Of a stretch of 64,000 nucleotides of DNA, positions 47,874-59,007 are shown one piece after another. Position 1 is the first letter of the stretch, and every line of letters begins with the position of its first letter. The notes below the pieces were generated by a model. That model saw nothing but the letters and a program-made list of their open reading frames with translations. It ran no database searches and was not told the origin of the DNA. The translations under genes and the position numbers were made by a program. Source of the DNA: Syntrophales bacterium (lineage in GTDB: Bacteria > Desulfobacterota > Syntrophia > Syntrophales > UBA2192); the NCBI GenBank assembly GCA_036725345.1, contig DAIMEJ010000004.1:63735-127734 (forward strand), in the 5' to 3' direction.

Positions 47874-49858
47874 GCGGGGCATCCAAAAAATGGTACAAGT
47901 TCCGGCTGCTGACCGTTCTTTTGTTTTTCGCAGCCCTTTTCGTCGTCCTCATGACCCGGGCTTTCCATCTCCAGATCATGTCCGGCAGCACCTACAAGGT
48001 CATGGCGGAGAGGCAGCACAAAAAAAGTTTGCCCCTGCCTCCCGAGCGGGGTCTGATCTTTGATCGAAACGGTGAAAAGCTGGCGGCGAGCCTGCTCGTG
48101 GACTCCGTCTTCGTGGACCCTTCCAGGGTCATTGACGCCGATTCAACGGCGTCCCGTCTTTCAACGGTGCTCCACCTGAAAAAGAAACAGATCCTTCAGC
48201 AGATCTCGAAGTCTAAAAACTTCTGCTGGATCGCCAGGATGATATCCCCCGCCCAGGCCGGCCAGATCCGGGCCCTGGAGCTTGACGGTGTCTACCTTGT
48301 TCAGGAACCCAAGCGCTTTTACCCCAACAAGGAGCTCGCGGGACAGCTCATCGGATCCGTGGGGCTTGACTCCAACGGCCTGGAAGGGTTAGAACTCAAA
48401 TATGAACATTATCTAAAGGGCGAAACGGACAAGGTCCTCTGGGGACGAGACGCCAAAGGCAGAAAGCTCTATCTTGCCGATGGACCGGCAGAGGAGAAAA
48501 AGGACGCTATCCACAACCTCATTCTCACCATCGACAACCGCATCCAGTATCTCGTCGAATCCCACTTGAAAGAGGCTATACAGAAAACAGGCGCCCGCGG
48601 AGGCATGGCGATCGTCATGGACCCCAAGACAGGGCAGGTCCTCGCGATGGCCAACGAACCGGCATTTAACCCGAACAACTTTCATCAGGGCAACAAGGAA
48701 CTGAAGCGGAACAAGGCCATCACAGACGTCTTCGATCCGGGATCCACCTTCAAACCGTTCCTGGCCGCGGCGGCCCTCGAAGAAGGCGTGGTGAAAGAGA
48801 CGGACCGGTTCTACTGCGAAAACGGCGCCTACCGCGTGGCGAACGTGACCATTCACGAGGCCAACAGGAAGAAACACGGAAGCCTCACTTTCCGCGAGGT
48901 CCTCAAGTATTCGAGCAACATCGGCTCCGTGAAGGTTTCCCATAAGGTGGGAAAACAGAAATTCCACCAGTATATCAAGAGTTTCGGGTTCGGCCAGAAG
49001 ACGGGCGTCGATCTCCCCGGTGAATCCGGGGGCCTGGTCCGGCCCTCTGAAAACTGGACGACGGTGGACACGGCCACCATCGCCTTCGGCCAGGGTATTT
49101 CCGTGACGGCCCTTCAGCTCATCAGCGCCTTCTCCGCCATCGCAAACCAGGGGATGCTCATGCAGCCTTATATCGTTCAGAAAGTCGTCAACCAGCGCGG
49201 CGAGGTGGTCAAGGAATTCACGCCGACGGTTGTCCGCCAGGTGATCTCGCCGCGAACGGCGGAAAGGCTCACGGCCATCCTCACCGACGTCGTCGGCGAA
49301 GAGGGAGGGACCGGCAAGAAGGCCCGGATTCAGAACCTGGGCGTGGCGGGAAAGACGGGGACCTCCCAGAAATTCGACTTCGCGGCCAAACGATACTCGC
49401 GGGAAAAGGTGCGGACCTCCTTCATGGGGTTCTTCCCGTCGGGAAGCCCGAGGCTGGCCATCCTGGTCACCATTGACGAGCCTCAGCGGTTCAAGTGGGG
49501 CGGTGAGGCCGCGGCACCCGTGTTCAAGGAGATTTCCCAGCAGATCATCCGATGCTTCGACAGCAGTATCGGCGAGGTCCCGACGATTGACAGGGAGGAC
49601 ATCTCAAAGCCCGTGAAGGTTCAACTGGCCTCGTCGGCCGCAGAGGCCGTCGCCGCAAACGGTGAAACCCCGGAGACGGAAGATCTCCTGCCGGACTTCA
49701 GGGGGATGACGTTGAAGAACGCCCTCAAGGTAGCCCAGGAGCGCGAGATCGACATCAAGGTCGTCGGCAGCGGCTGGGCCGTGAGCCAGATTCCCACGGC
49801 GGGCAGTGCCATCAGGAAAAACCGCGCCTGTACCGTTTATTTCACGGCAGGCCACTGA
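47870..49858 (+). CDS. ftsI: peptidoglycan D,D-transpeptidase FtsI (PBP3 class)
   Basis: 662 aa. PBP dimerisation domain, transpeptidase motifs STFK, SSN, KTGT. C-terminal PASTA-like tail. Confidence 0.9.
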   Translation: MSGASKKWYKFRLLTVLLFFAALFVVLMTRAFHLQIMSGSTYKVMAERQHKKSLPLPPERGLIFDRNGEKLAASLLVDSVFVDPSRVIDADSTASRLSTVLHLKKKQILQQISKSKNFCWIARMISPAQAGQIRALELDGVYLVQEPKRFYPNKELAGQLIGSVGLDSNGLEGLELKYEHYLKGETDKVLWGRDAKGRKLYLADGPAEEKKDAIHNLILTIDNRIQYLVESHLKEAIQKTGARGGMAIVMDPKTGQVLAMANEPAFNPNNFHQGNKELKRNKAITDVFDPGSTFKPFLAAAALEEGVVKETDRFYCENGAYRVANVTIHEANRKKHGSLTFREVLKYSSNIGSVKVSHKVGKQKFHQYIKSFGFGQKTGVDLPGESGGLVRPSENWTTVDTATIAFGQGISVTALQLISAFSAIANQGMLMQPYIVQKVVNQRGEVVKEFTPTVVRQVISPRTAERLTAILTDVVGEEGGTGKKARIQNLGVAGKTGTSQKFDFAAKRYSREKVRTSFMGFFPSGSPRLAILVTIDEPQRFKWGGEAAAPVFKEISQQIIRCFDSSIGEVPTIDREDISKPVKVQLASSAAEAVAANGETPETEDLLPDFRGMTLKNALKVAQEREIDIKVVGSGWAVSQIPTAGSAIRKNRACTVYFTAGH

Positions 49859-49867
49859 AGGAGATCA

Positions 49868-51430
49868 TTGAAGCTATCGGAGCTGATCCAGGGTGTTGAG
49901 GTCCTGCAATCGGAGGGTGCCCTCTCGCGAGAGGTCTCCTCCGTCTGCTACGACTCCCGATGGTGCGCGAAGGATTCGCTCTTTGTCGCCATCCCGGGGC
50001 TCAAGCTCGACGGACACCGCTTCGTCCCGCAGGCCTTGAAGCAGGGCAGCCGTTTCATCCTCTGTGAAAGGCCCGTCGATGCGCCTGCCGGCGTGACCGT
50101 CCTGCGGGTAAAGGACAGCCGCGCGGCCCTGGGCATTATCGGGAAAAATTTTTTCCGGAACCCCTCGTCCGCCCTCTGTCTGATCGGTGTGACGGGGACG
50201 AACGGGAAAACGACGATCACCTATCTGCTGGAGTCCGTCTTCAGGCAGGCGGGATACTCACCCGGTGTCATCGGGACGATCAATTACCGTTACGGTTCGA
50301 AGGTGCGTGAGGCGGCCCACACGACACCGGAATCCTTCGACCTCCAGGGAATGCTCCGGGAGATGCTGGACTCGGGGGTCAGCCATGTGGTCATGGAGGT
50401 ATCCTCGCACGCCCTGGACCAGAAAAGAGTGGATGACTGTGAGTTCGACGCGGGGATTTTCACGAATCTCTCGCAGGATCACCTCGATTATCACCAGACG
50501 CTGGAAGCCTATTTCCAGGCGAAGAGACGATTTTTCAGCGAGGTTCTCGGCCGGAAGGTCGGGGGGCGGAAACAGGCCATGATCATCAACGGAGACGACC
50601 CCTACGGCAGGCGCATCCTGCACGAGATGCCCCCTTCGCAGGCTCTTTCCTTCGGGCTGGAGGGCTCGTGCGACATCGGGGCGACGGGATTCTCTTTCTC
50701 CCTCGAGGGAATCGAAGCCCGGATCCGCACTCCGCGAGACACTTTCCCGGTGAAGGCCCCCCTTGTCGGGCGATATAACCTTTATAACATCCTTGCCGCC
50801 GCAGCGGCGGCCCATGCCCTGGCTATTGAATACAGGGCCGTCCAGGCAGGGCTCCTGAATCTCGGCACGATTCCGGGCCGTCTCGAAAAGGTCAGTGTCG
50901 CGGGAGAGCCGGCCGTCTTTGTGGACTACGCCCACACGGAGGACGCACTGAAAAAAGTCATCGAAAACCTGCTGCCTTTCAAAAAAGCGCGACTCATAAC
51001 GGTATTCGGCTGCGGGGGGGATCGCGACCGGGGAAAACGCCCCCTCATGGGAAGGGCAGTCGTCACGCGAAGCGATCTGTCGATCCTGACGTCCGACAAC
51101 CCGAGGACGGAGGACCCCCTGACCATCCTCAGGCAGATCGAGGAGGGCGTCGAAAAAGAAGGCCTGACGAAATACGCCATCCGGGATGTCCGGAAAGGTT
51201 TCAGCGCAAAAGGCTACGTCGTCATCCCCGATCGCCGGGAGGCCATTCGCGAAGCCATCGAACTTGCGGATCCCGAAGACATCGTGCTCGTCGCCGGGAA
51301 AGGTCATGAGACCTATCAGATCATCGGGACCGAGAAATTCCCTTTTGACGACAGGGATGAATGCCGGGAAGCGCTGAAAGCATCCGGATACGGGAAGGGC
51401 AGATGGAAAAAGAGTCTCTCCCGCAGTTGA
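49868..51430 (+). CDS. murE: UDP-N-acetylmuramoyl-L-alanyl-D-glutamate--2,6-diaminopimelate ligase
   Basis: 520 aa, TTG start per track. GVTGTNGKTT and the DNPR motif (SDNPRTEDP), typical of meso-DAP-adding MurE. Confidence 0.9.
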   Translation: MKLSELIQGVEVLQSEGALSREVSSVCYDSRWCAKDSLFVAIPGLKLDGHRFVPQALKQGSRFILCERPVDAPAGVTVLRVKDSRAALGIIGKNFFRNPSSALCLIGVTGTNGKTTITYLLESVFRQAGYSPGVIGTINYRYGSKVREAAHTTPESFDLQGMLREMLDSGVSHVVMEVSSHALDQKRVDDCEFDAGIFTNLSQDHLDYHQTLEAYFQAKRRFFSEVLGRKVGGRKQAMIINGDDPYGRRILHEMPPSQALSFGLEGSCDIGATGFSFSLEGIEARIRTPRDTFPVKAPLVGRYNLYNILAAAAAAHALAIEYRAVQAGLLNLGTIPGRLEKVSVAGEPAVFVDYAHTEDALKKVIENLLPFKKARLITVFGCGGDRDRGKRPLMGRAVVTRSDLSILTSDNPRTEDPLTILRQIEEGVEKEGLTKYAIRDVRKGFSAKGYVVIPDRREAIREAIELADPEDIVLVAGKGHETYQIIGTEKFPFDDRDECREALKASGYGKGRWKKSLSRS

Positions 51431-52827
51431 ATGTCGAAGATGTTCGCAAGGCCGCAGGTGCCGTCATGGCCCCCGGCCACCGGGAACGGAAATTCCTGGG
51501 GGTTTCCACGGATTCGAGACACATCGTGAAAGGGAACCTCTTTGTGGCCCTCGTCGGAGAACATTTCGACGGCCACGATTTTTTGAAAACGGCCGTCGAT
51601 GCGGGCGCGGCGGGCGTTGTTGTCCGGCGGGACCGGAAGGGGAAAACCGATTCGCTACCCGCCGACGCGACGGTTCTGTATGTCGAGGACACGCTGAAGG
51701 CCCTGGGGGACATCGCCCACCACTGGCGGATGAAATTCAAGGTCCCCGTCGTGGCGATCACGGGGAGTTCGGGAAAGACCACGACGAAAGAGATGGCGGC
51801 GACCGTGCTGGGGCAGACGAAGACCGTCCTCAGGAACGAGGGAAACCTCAACAACCTGATCGGGCTCCCCCTGACGCTTTTGAGGCTCCATGCCCGGCAC
51901 GAAGCCGCTGCGCTGGAGATGGGAACGAACCGGCGGGGTGAAATCCGAAGGCTCACGGAGATTGCCGAACCGGGCATCGGCATCATCACGAATGTGGGGA
52001 CCGCCCACCTCGAGGGGCTCAAGTCCCTGGAGATGATCAGGGAGGAGAAAGGGGACCTCTTTGAAACCATGGCCGGCCGGGGTGTTGCCGTCATCAACAT
52101 CGATGACCCGAACCTCTCTCCGTGGGAAAAGCGCTGGAAAGGGCAGAAGGTCACCTTCGGCATCCGGAGGTCCGCCGATGTTTATGCGGCGCATATCACC
52201 CACGAGGGGGAAAAAGGGACGATCTTCACGCTCGTAACGGGAAAGGCATCACGGGAAATAACGTTGACCACGGTCGGCAACCACAACGTCTACAATGCGC
52301 TGGCCGCCGCTGCCGCGGCCCAGGCCTGCGGCGTCCCCTTCGACAGGATCTGCCGGGGTCTCATGGCTTTCAAGCCCGTTCCGGGCCGGATGGAAGTGCA
52401 TCGGTTGAAAAACGGCTCCTTCATCATCGACGACGCCTACAATGCCAACCCGGCGTCCGTCAGTGAAGCATTGAAAACGCTCCGGGAACTGCGGGGGGAG
52501 AGCCGCAGTGTCGTCGTTCTCGGCGACATGCTGGAACTCGGTGAACAGTCGGAAAGACTTCACGAGGACATCGGCCGGATGATCGGAGAGACAGGCGTGC
52601 ACAAGGTTTTTCTGCGCGGGCAGTTCGCCCGGGCCGTGGCCCAGGGGGCCATGAAAAAGGGCCTCCGGGGGGATCAGATCCATTTCGATCTGTCCCCCCA
52701 AGAGATCGCGGAATCCCTGAAGCGCGGCCTCAGGGAAGGGGACTGGGTCCTCGTCAAGGGGTCCCGCAGGATGAAGATGGAGGAAGTGGTTCAGGAGGTT
52801 GTTCGCAAGATCGGTCTTGCCGGCTGA
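51403..52827 (+). CDS. murF: UDP-N-acetylmuramoyl-tripeptide--D-alanyl-D-alanine ligase
   Basis: Start at ATG 51403 (MEKESLPQL), overlapping the murE end. ITGSSGKTTTKE. Confidence 0.9.
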   Translation: MEKESLPQLNVEDVRKAAGAVMAPGHRERKFLGVSTDSRHIVKGNLFVALVGEHFDGHDFLKTAVDAGAAGVVVRRDRKGKTDSLPADATVLYVEDTLKALGDIAHHWRMKFKVPVVAITGSSGKTTTKEMAATVLGQTKTVLRNEGNLNNLIGLPLTLLRLHARHEAAALEMGTNRRGEIRRLTEIAEPGIGIITNVGTAHLEGLKSLEMIREEKGDLFETMAGRGVAVINIDDPNLSPWEKRWKGQKVTFGIRRSADVYAAHITHEGEKGTIFTLVTGKASREITLTTVGNHNVYNALAAAAAAQACGVPFDRICRGLMAFKPVPGRMEVHRLKNGSFIIDDAYNANPASVSEALKTLRELRGESRSVVVLGDMLELGEQSERLHEDIGRMIGETGVHKVFLRGQFARAVAQGAMKKGLRGDQIHFDLSPQEIAESLKRGLREGDWVLVKGSRRMKMEEVVQEVVRKIGLAG

Positions 52828-52882
52828 AAGGCCCCGTTTCGGTTCGGCGGCTCGCTCCTGAGTGCAAAGGAGGTCGGAAGCG

Positions 52883-53962
52883 TTGATTTTTCATCTGTTA
52901 TACCCTCTGCATGAAACCTATTCCTACTTCAACGTGTTCCGCTACATCACGTTCAGGACGATCTACGCGGCCATCACGGCTCTCTTCATCTGTTTCGTGC
53001 TGGGTCCGTGGCTGATCCGGAAACTGGAAGCCCTCAAGGTGGGGCAGCCCATCCGCGAGGACGGGCCGGACTCGCACATGTCCAAAAAGGGAACACCGAC
53101 GATGGGCGGCATTCTGATTATCTTTGCGAGCATCCTGTCGACCCTGTTCTGGGCGAACCTGACGAACCACCTCATCTGGCTCGTGGTGATGGCGACGGTG
53201 GGATTCGGCATCATCGGGTTCATGGACGACTATCAGAAACTCACCGCGGGAGACAGCAAGGGCATCTCGGCCAGGAAAAGGCTCAGTCTGGAGTTCCTGA
53301 TCGCCCTTTTCATCAGCATCGTCCTCTTTATCCGGCCCGATTTCAGCTCCGCCGTCACCATTCCGTTTTTCAAGACCATGCTCCCCAACCTGGGGCTTGC
53401 CTACATCCTTTTCTCGACCTTCGTGATCGTCGGGTCGGCCAACGCCGTCAACCTCACCGACGGGCTGGACGGGCTTGCCATCGGTCCCGCCACGATCTGT
53501 TTCCTGACCTATCTGCTTTTCGCCTACTTCGCCGGAAACGTCAAAATCGCAGGCTATCTGCAGATCCCCTACGTGCCCGGCACGGGCGAGCTGTCCGTCT
53601 TCTGCGGGGCCATGGCGGGGGCCTGCCTGGGCTTCCTCTGGTTCAACACTTACCCGGCCCAGGTGTTCATGGGGGATGTCGGGTCCCTCTCTCTGGGAAG
53701 CGCCCTGGGATCGCTGGCCATCATGACCAAACAGGAACTGCTCCTGGCGATTGTCGGGGGGATCTTCGTTCTCGAGGCGATCTCCGTCATCTTCCAGGTG
53801 GGATACTTTCGACTCTCCAACGGGCGGCGCATCTTCCGGATGGCGCCTATTCACCATCACTTTGAACTCAAGGGCTGGGCGGAGCCCAAGGTGATCGTGC
53901 GATTCTGGATCATCTCCATATTGCTCGCGCTCCTCGCTATCAGCACCTTGAAGTTGAGGTAG
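52883..53962 (+). CDS. mraY: phospho-N-acetylmuramoyl-pentapeptide transferase
   Basis: TTG 52883 is preferred (SD AAGGAGG 9 nt upstream; N-terminus LIFHLLYPL). [20 protein letters not shown]. Confidence 0.9.
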   Translation: MIFHLLYPLHETYSYFNVFRYITFRTIYAAITALFICFVLGPWLIRKLEALKVGQPIREDGPDSHMSKKGTPTMGGILIIFASILSTLFWANLTNHLIWLVVMATVGFGIIGFMDDYQKLTAGDSKGISARKRLSLEFLIALFISIVLFIRPDFSSAVTIPFFKTMLPNLGLAYILFSTFVIVGSANAVNLTDGLDGLAIGPATICFLTYLLFAYFAGNVKIAGYLQIPYVPGTGELSVFCGAMAGACLGFLWFNTYPAQVFMGDVGSLSLGSALGSLAIMTKQELLLAIVGGIFVLEAISVIFQVGYFRLSNGRRIFRMAPIHHHFELKGWAEPKVIVRFWIISILLALLAISTLKLR

Positions 53963-53972
53963 AAAGGAGGGC

Positions 53973-55343
53973 ATGGAACTCGCCGGCAAGAGGGTTCTGG
54001 TCATCGGGCTCGGCAAGACGGGTCAGTCCACGGTTCGTTTTATCGCGGGGAGAGGCGCCTCGGTGACGGCGACGGACGACAAACCCTTCTCCGAGTTGAG
54101 GGACGCCGCCCGGGCGTTTTCGGGCCTCGACGTGAAACTCGCTTTCGGCCCGCAGGACGCGGCCATCCTTTCGGGGGTGGACCTCATCATCCCCTCCCCG
54201 GGGGTGCCGCCGATGAATCCGCTCCTGGCGGAAGGCGTCAGACGGGGCGTTCCCATCCTCGCCGAGATCGAGGTGGCTTTCCGATTCCTGAGGCGGCCCG
54301 TCGTCGCCATTACGGGGACAAACGGGAAAACGACGGCGACGACCCTGGTCGGGGAGATCCTCCGGGCTTCCGGCAGGAAAGCGCACGTCGGCGGCAATAT
54401 CGGCGACCCGCTGATCGGGCATGTCGACAGCCCTCAGGAAGAGGATGTCGTCGTTGTGGAGGTGAGCAGCTTCCAGCTCGAGTGGATTGAGCAGTTCCGG
54501 CCGGCGGTGGCGATGCTCCTGAATGTGACCTGCGACCACATCGACTATCACGGCACCTTCGAGGCCTACCGGAGGGCAAAGGAAAGAATCTTCGAGAATC
54601 AGGGTCCCGGAGACCTCGCAATCCTCAATGCCGACGAGCCCTGGGCCGGCCCCCTGGCCCGGCGGCTCAGGTCGAAAGTGAGTTTCTTCAGTTCGAAAGC
54701 GGAGATCCACAACGGCATGTTTCTTCGCGGCGATGAGTTGATCCTCCGTGAGAACGGAAAGGATCGGGAAATTTACCCCGTCGGGATGATCCGGCTCCCG
54801 GGGACCCACAACGTGGAAAACGTGATGGCCTCCATCCTGGCCTGCCGGGCCTGCGGTTGTTCGCGGGAAGGGATCATCGAAGCGGTCCGCGCCTTCCGGG
54901 GGGTTGCCCACCGGATCGAGTTCGCCGGGGAGAAAGGCGGAATCTCCTTTTACGATGATTCGAAGGGAACGAACGTGGGCGCCGTCACCCGCGCCCTCGA
55001 GACCTTCTCGCGGCCCGTGATCCTCCTGCTCGGCGGCCGCGACAAGGGGGGGGACTTCGACACCCTCACGCCGCCCATCCGCAGGGGCGTGAAGGAGGTC
55101 ATCCTCTTCGGCGAAGCCGGGGAGGCCATCGGGCGGGTCCTGGGCGGTATCGTGAAGACAAGCCTGGCGCCGACCCTGGGGAAGGCTGTTGAAAAAGCGT
55201 ACGCCGATGCCGCGCCCGGCGACGTGGTTCTTCTTTCGCCGGGCTGTGCGAGCTTCGACGAATTCAAGGACTACAGGGAACGCGGAGATTTTTTCAAGGG
55301 CATGGTCCGGAAGATCATCGCCGGCGAGGTGCCCGGTCAATAG
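53973..55343 (+). CDS. murD: UDP-N-acetylmuramoylalanine--D-glutamate ligase
   Basis: 456 aa. VLVIGLGKTG, ITGTNGKTT. Confidence 0.9.
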   Translation: MELAGKRVLVIGLGKTGQSTVRFIAGRGASVTATDDKPFSELRDAARAFSGLDVKLAFGPQDAAILSGVDLIIPSPGVPPMNPLLAEGVRRGVPILAEIEVAFRFLRRPVVAITGTNGKTTATTLVGEILRASGRKAHVGGNIGDPLIGHVDSPQEEDVVVVEVSSFQLEWIEQFRPAVAMLLNVTCDHIDYHGTFEAYRRAKERIFENQGPGDLAILNADEPWAGPLARRLRSKVSFFSSKAEIHNGMFLRGDELILRENGKDREIYPVGMIRLPGTHNVENVMASILACRACGCSREGIIEAVRAFRGVAHRIEFAGEKGGISFYDDSKGTNVGAVTRALETFSRPVILLLGGRDKGGDFDTLTPPIRRGVKEVILFGEAGEAIGRVLGGIVKTSLAPTLGKAVEKAYADAAPGDVVLLSPGCASFDEFKDYRERGDFFKGMVRKIIAGEVPGQ

Positions 55344-55356
55344 AAAGGAAGCGGGG

Positions 55357-56484
55357 ATGACGGAAGCAACACCGAGAGGGAGGCGGCAGGATTTCATCAT
55401 CATTGCCTGCACGCTCAGCCTCATCGCTTTCGGGACCGTGATGATTTACAGCTCGAGCTACATCATCGCCACGCAGAAATTCGGCGACGGCTACTATTTC
55501 CTGAAAAAACAGGTCTTCTTTCTGATCCTGGGACTGACGGCCATGATTTTTCTCTCGAAGCTTCCCTACCCCTACCTCCGGAAAGTGGCCTATGCGGGCC
55601 TTCTGGCGTCGGCCGTGCTCCTCGTCGCCCTTTTCATTCCCGGGCTGGGGGTCAAGGCGGGCGGCGCGAGGCGCTGGCTTCGGCTGGGGCTGCTTTCCTT
55701 TCAGGTGTCGGAGTTTGTGAAGATTTGCGTCGTCATATTCCTTGCCCATTTTCTGGCGAAGAAGTCCGACCGGGTGAAGGAATGGCGGATCTTCCTTCCG
55801 CCGCTTCTCATCGTGGGTGCCATGGCCGCCCTGGTCCTCAAGCAGCCGGACTTCGGAACGGCCGTGTTGCTGATGGGACTGATGATTTTTCTGCTCTATC
55901 TCACGGGGTGCAGGATCCTGCACCTGTCGATCCTCTGCGCGACGTTCATCCCCGTGGCGATTTTTCTTGTCTGGCAGAAAAGCTACCGCATGACCCGCTG
56001 GAAGACATTCCTCGACCCGTGGAAGGATCCCCAGGAGTCGGGTTTTCAGATCATTCAATCCTTCCTGTCTTTCGGCTCCGGGGGCGCCTTCGGGGTGGGT
56101 CTCGGGGACAGCATGCAGAAACTCTTTTACCTCCCCGAGCCGCACACGGATTTCATCCTCTCCATCATCGGCGAGGAAACAGGGCTCATCGGCATTGCCG
56201 TCGTGATCACGCTTTTCGCGGTCCTGATCTGCCGGGGATTCATGATTGCCCTGAGGGCCCCCGACCTCTTCGGAAGTCTGCTGGCCTCGGGGCTGACGAT
56301 CCTGATCGGCATGGAGGCCTTTATCAATATTGCCGGGGTGATGGGGCTTATTCCCACAAAGGGCATGGCCCTCCCCTTCGTTTCCTACGGCGGAACATCC
56401 CTGGTCATGAGCCTGGCGCTGATAGGCATACTCCTGAATTTGTCCACCTATCAGAAATCGAACATCCGAGAGGCGCCGAAGTGA
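55357..56484 (+). CDS. ftsW: peptidoglycan glycosyltransferase FtsW (SEDS family)
   Basis: Start at ATG 55357 (MTEATPRG). 10-TM SEDS protein. PEPHTDFI motif. Confidence 0.9.
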   Translation: MTEATPRGRRQDFIIIACTLSLIAFGTVMIYSSSYIIATQKFGDGYYFLKKQVFFLILGLTAMIFLSKLPYPYLRKVAYAGLLASAVLLVALFIPGLGVKAGGARRWLRLGLLSFQVSEFVKICVVIFLAHFLAKKSDRVKEWRIFLPPLLIVGAMAALVLKQPDFGTAVLLMGLMIFLLYLTGCRILHLSILCATFIPVAIFLVWQKSYRMTRWKTFLDPWKDPQESGFQIIQSFLSFGSGGAFGVGLGDSMQKLFYLPEPHTDFILSIIGEETGLIGIAVVITLFAVLICRGFMIALRAPDLFGSLLASGLTILIGMEAFINIAGVMGLIPTKGMALPFVSYGGTSLVMSLALIGILLNLSTYQKSNIREAPK

Positions 56485-57560
56485 AGGTGATCATCGCAGG
56501 GGGAGGCACCGGCGGCCATCTTTTCCCCGGTGTGGCCGTGGCCGAGGAGTTCATGAGGCGGGACGGTGCAAACAGGATCCTCTTTATCGGAACGAAAAGA
56601 GGGGTCGAGGCGGCAATCCTGCCGCAGCTGGGATTGGAACTGGCCACGCTGGACGTGGCGGGCATCAAGGGCAAAGGGTTCGGTGACATGGTGAAGGCTC
56701 TCTGTAAAATCCCTCAGAGCCTTGGTCGATCCTTCAGGATCATCCGGGACTTCGGGCCCGATATCCTGATAGGCGTGGGCGGTTACGCCTCGGGTCCGGC
56801 GGTCCTGGCGGCCTGCTGTATGGGGGTCAAGACCGCCGTCATGGAACAAAACGCCCTTCCGGGGGTCACGAACAAGATCCTGGGGCGCATCGTGGACCGG
56901 GCCTTTGTGTCCTTCGAAGAAACAAGAAAGGCTTTTCCCGGAAAGAAAGTCCTTTTAACGGGCAACCCCATCCGGGCGGACTTCATGAAGGATATGGGAA
57001 AAAACGAGGACAAGAGGGATCCATTCACGGTGCTCGTCTTCGGCGGGAGCCAGGGGGCTCACCGGATCAACATGATGTTTCTCGAAGCCCTGAAGTTCCT
57101 GAAAATGGACGGGGCAAAGCCCCGCATCATCCACCAGACGGGCAATGCCGACTTCGAGGCGGTGAGGCGTGCCTACGGGCAACTCGGCGTGGAGGCCGAC
57201 GTGAGACCCTTCATTCAGGACATGCCGCGGGTGTTCCGGTCCGCCGATCTCCTGGTCTGCCGCGCCGGCGCGACGTCCATCGCGGAAATCACGGCCAGCG
57301 GGAAGGCGGCCATCCTGATTCCCTTTCCCCACGCCGTGCACGATCACCAGACGAAAAACGCCGAGGTCCTCGCCCGGGCGGGCGCGGCGATCCTGGCCCC
57401 CGAGGGGGATCTGACCGCGGAAGGGCTCGCCCGAATCATTGATGACCTCCGCATGAACCCCCGGAGAATCCGGGAGATGTCGGAGAGATCCCGGGCCCTG
57501 GGCAACGCCCGCGCCGCAGCGGACATCGTGGACGAGTGCCTGAGGCTCGTGGCAGCCTGA
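56481..57560 (+). CDS. murG: UDP-N-acetylglucosamine--N-acetylmuramyl-(pentapeptide) pyrophosphoryl-undecaprenol GlcNAc transferase
   Basis: GTG 56481 overlaps the ftsW stop (GTGA). [17 protein letters not shown]. The track's 611-aa ORF is an upstream out-of-gene extension. Confidence 0.9.
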   Translation: MKVIIAGGGTGGHLFPGVAVAEEFMRRDGANRILFIGTKRGVEAAILPQLGLELATLDVAGIKGKGFGDMVKALCKIPQSLGRSFRIIRDFGPDILIGVGGYASGPAVLAACCMGVKTAVMEQNALPGVTNKILGRIVDRAFVSFEETRKAFPGKKVLLTGNPIRADFMKDMGKNEDKRDPFTVLVFGGSQGAHRINMMFLEALKFLKMDGAKPRIIHQTGNADFEAVRRAYGQLGVEADVRPFIQDMPRVFRSADLLVCRAGATSIAEITASGKAAILIPFPHAVHDHQTKNAEVLARAGAAILAPEGDLTAEGLARIIDDLRMNPRRIREMSERSRALGNARAAADIVDECLRLVAA

Positions 57561-57579
57561 AAAAAAGAAAAGAGAAGAC

Positions 57580-58983
57580 ATGATGGACAATCACAGACAG
57601 CGCGACTTGATGCAGCGGAAGATCCAGCGCATCCATTTCGTCGGGATCGGCGGTATCGGCATGAGCGGCATCGCGGAGGTCCTCCTCAACCTGGGCTACC
57701 AGGTGAGCGGTTCGGACCTTCAGGAGACGGAACTGACGCAGCGGCTCGCCTCCATGGGCGCCCGTGTTTTTTACGGCCACCGCCAGTCCAACCTTCAGGA
57801 CGCGGACGTGGTGGTCACTTCCACGGCGGTGAAGGCCGAAAACCCCGAGGTCCTGGAGGCCCATTACCGGAGCATTCCGGTGATTCCGCGGGCGGAGATG
57901 CTGGCGGAGCTTCTCAAGATGAAGTTTTCCATCGCCGTTTCCGGCATGCACGGCAAGACGACGACCACCTCGATGATCGCCACTCTCCTCGCCCACGGCG
58001 GGCTCGACCCCACCGTGGTGATCGGCGGGAAACTGGGCAGCATCGGCAGCAACGCCCGCCTGGGAAACGGCGAAGTGATCGTGGCCGAGGCCGATGAGAG
58101 TGACGGCTCCTTTCTGAAACTGGGGCCTTCGATCGCGGTCATCACGAACATCGACCGTGAACACCTCGACTATTACCGGGACATCCAGGACATCAAGGAG
58201 GCTTTTCTGAAGTTTGCCAACCTCGTCCCCTTTTACGGCACCACCATCCTTTGCATGGACGACGAACATGTCCGCGACATTCTCCCGGGGATCAAGCGCA
58301 GGACCATCACCTACGGGATCAACCGGGCGGCGGATTACCAGGCCAGGAACATCAGCATCCAGGGCGCTTCCTCGCGCTACGAGGTCTATTACCGCGGCGA
58401 AAAGCTGGGGGACATCCAGCTGAACGTACCGGGTCTTTTCAATGTCTACAACTCCATGGCGGCCGTCGCCGTGGGCCGGGAACTCGACATGGACTGTCTC
58501 CGGATCCATGAAGGACTCAAGGCTTTCACGGGGGTCCATCGCAGACTCGAGGTGAAGGGACGGGTCAATGACATCACCGTCATCGACGATTACGGCCATC
58601 ACCCGACGGAGATCGTGGCGACCCTCGCGGCGGCGAAACAGGTCTGGAAGGACCGTCTCATCGTCGTCTTCCAGCCGCACCGCTACACGCGGACCCGGGC
58701 CCTCTTCAAGGAATTTCTGACGGCTTTCTACGACGCCGACGTCCTCGTCATCATGGACATCTATGCCGCCAGTGAAGCCCCCATCGAGGGCGTGAACAGC
58801 CGGAAGCTTTTCGAAGGCATTCAGAACAAGGGCCACAAGCAGGTGCTGTATCTGGGCGGGCCCGACCGGGTGGTGGATTACCTCCTGGAGACGGCCAGGC
58901 CGGGAGATGCCATCATCACCCAGGGGGCGGGGAACGTCTGGCGGGTGGGGGAGGAATTTCTGAAGAAGGCGAGAGGCAGGTAA
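57580..58983 (+). CDS. murC: UDP-N-acetylmuramate--L-alanine ligase
   Basis: 467 aa. [28 protein letters not shown]. The start could be the internal Met 10 codons downstream. Confidence 0.9.
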   Translation: MMDNHRQRDLMQRKIQRIHFVGIGGIGMSGIAEVLLNLGYQVSGSDLQETELTQRLASMGARVFYGHRQSNLQDADVVVTSTAVKAENPEVLEAHYRSIPVIPRAEMLAELLKMKFSIAVSGMHGKTTTTSMIATLLAHGGLDPTVVIGGKLGSIGSNARLGNGEVIVAEADESDGSFLKLGPSIAVITNIDREHLDYYRDIQDIKEAFLKFANLVPFYGTTILCMDDEHVRDILPGIKRRTITYGINRAADYQARNISIQGASSRYEVYYRGEKLGDIQLNVPGLFNVYNSMAAVAVGRELDMDCLRIHEGLKAFTGVHRRLEVKGRVNDITVIDDYGHHPTEIVATLAAAKQVWKDRLIVVFQPHRYTRTRALFKEFLTAFYDADVLVIMDIYAASEAPIEGVNSRKLFEGIQNKGHKQVLYLGGPDRVVDYLLETARPGDAIITQGAGNVWRVGEEFLKKARGR

Positions 58984-59007
58984 ACCTTTGACGAACCGGA
59001 TCGGAAC

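Noticed and set aside
55725-57560. 611-aa ORF suggesting a large fusion protein spanning ftsW and murG.
   Set aside because: The first ~250 codons are an alternative frame across ftsW with nonsense-like sequence. MurG homology begins at GTG 56481, which overlaps the ftsW stop.
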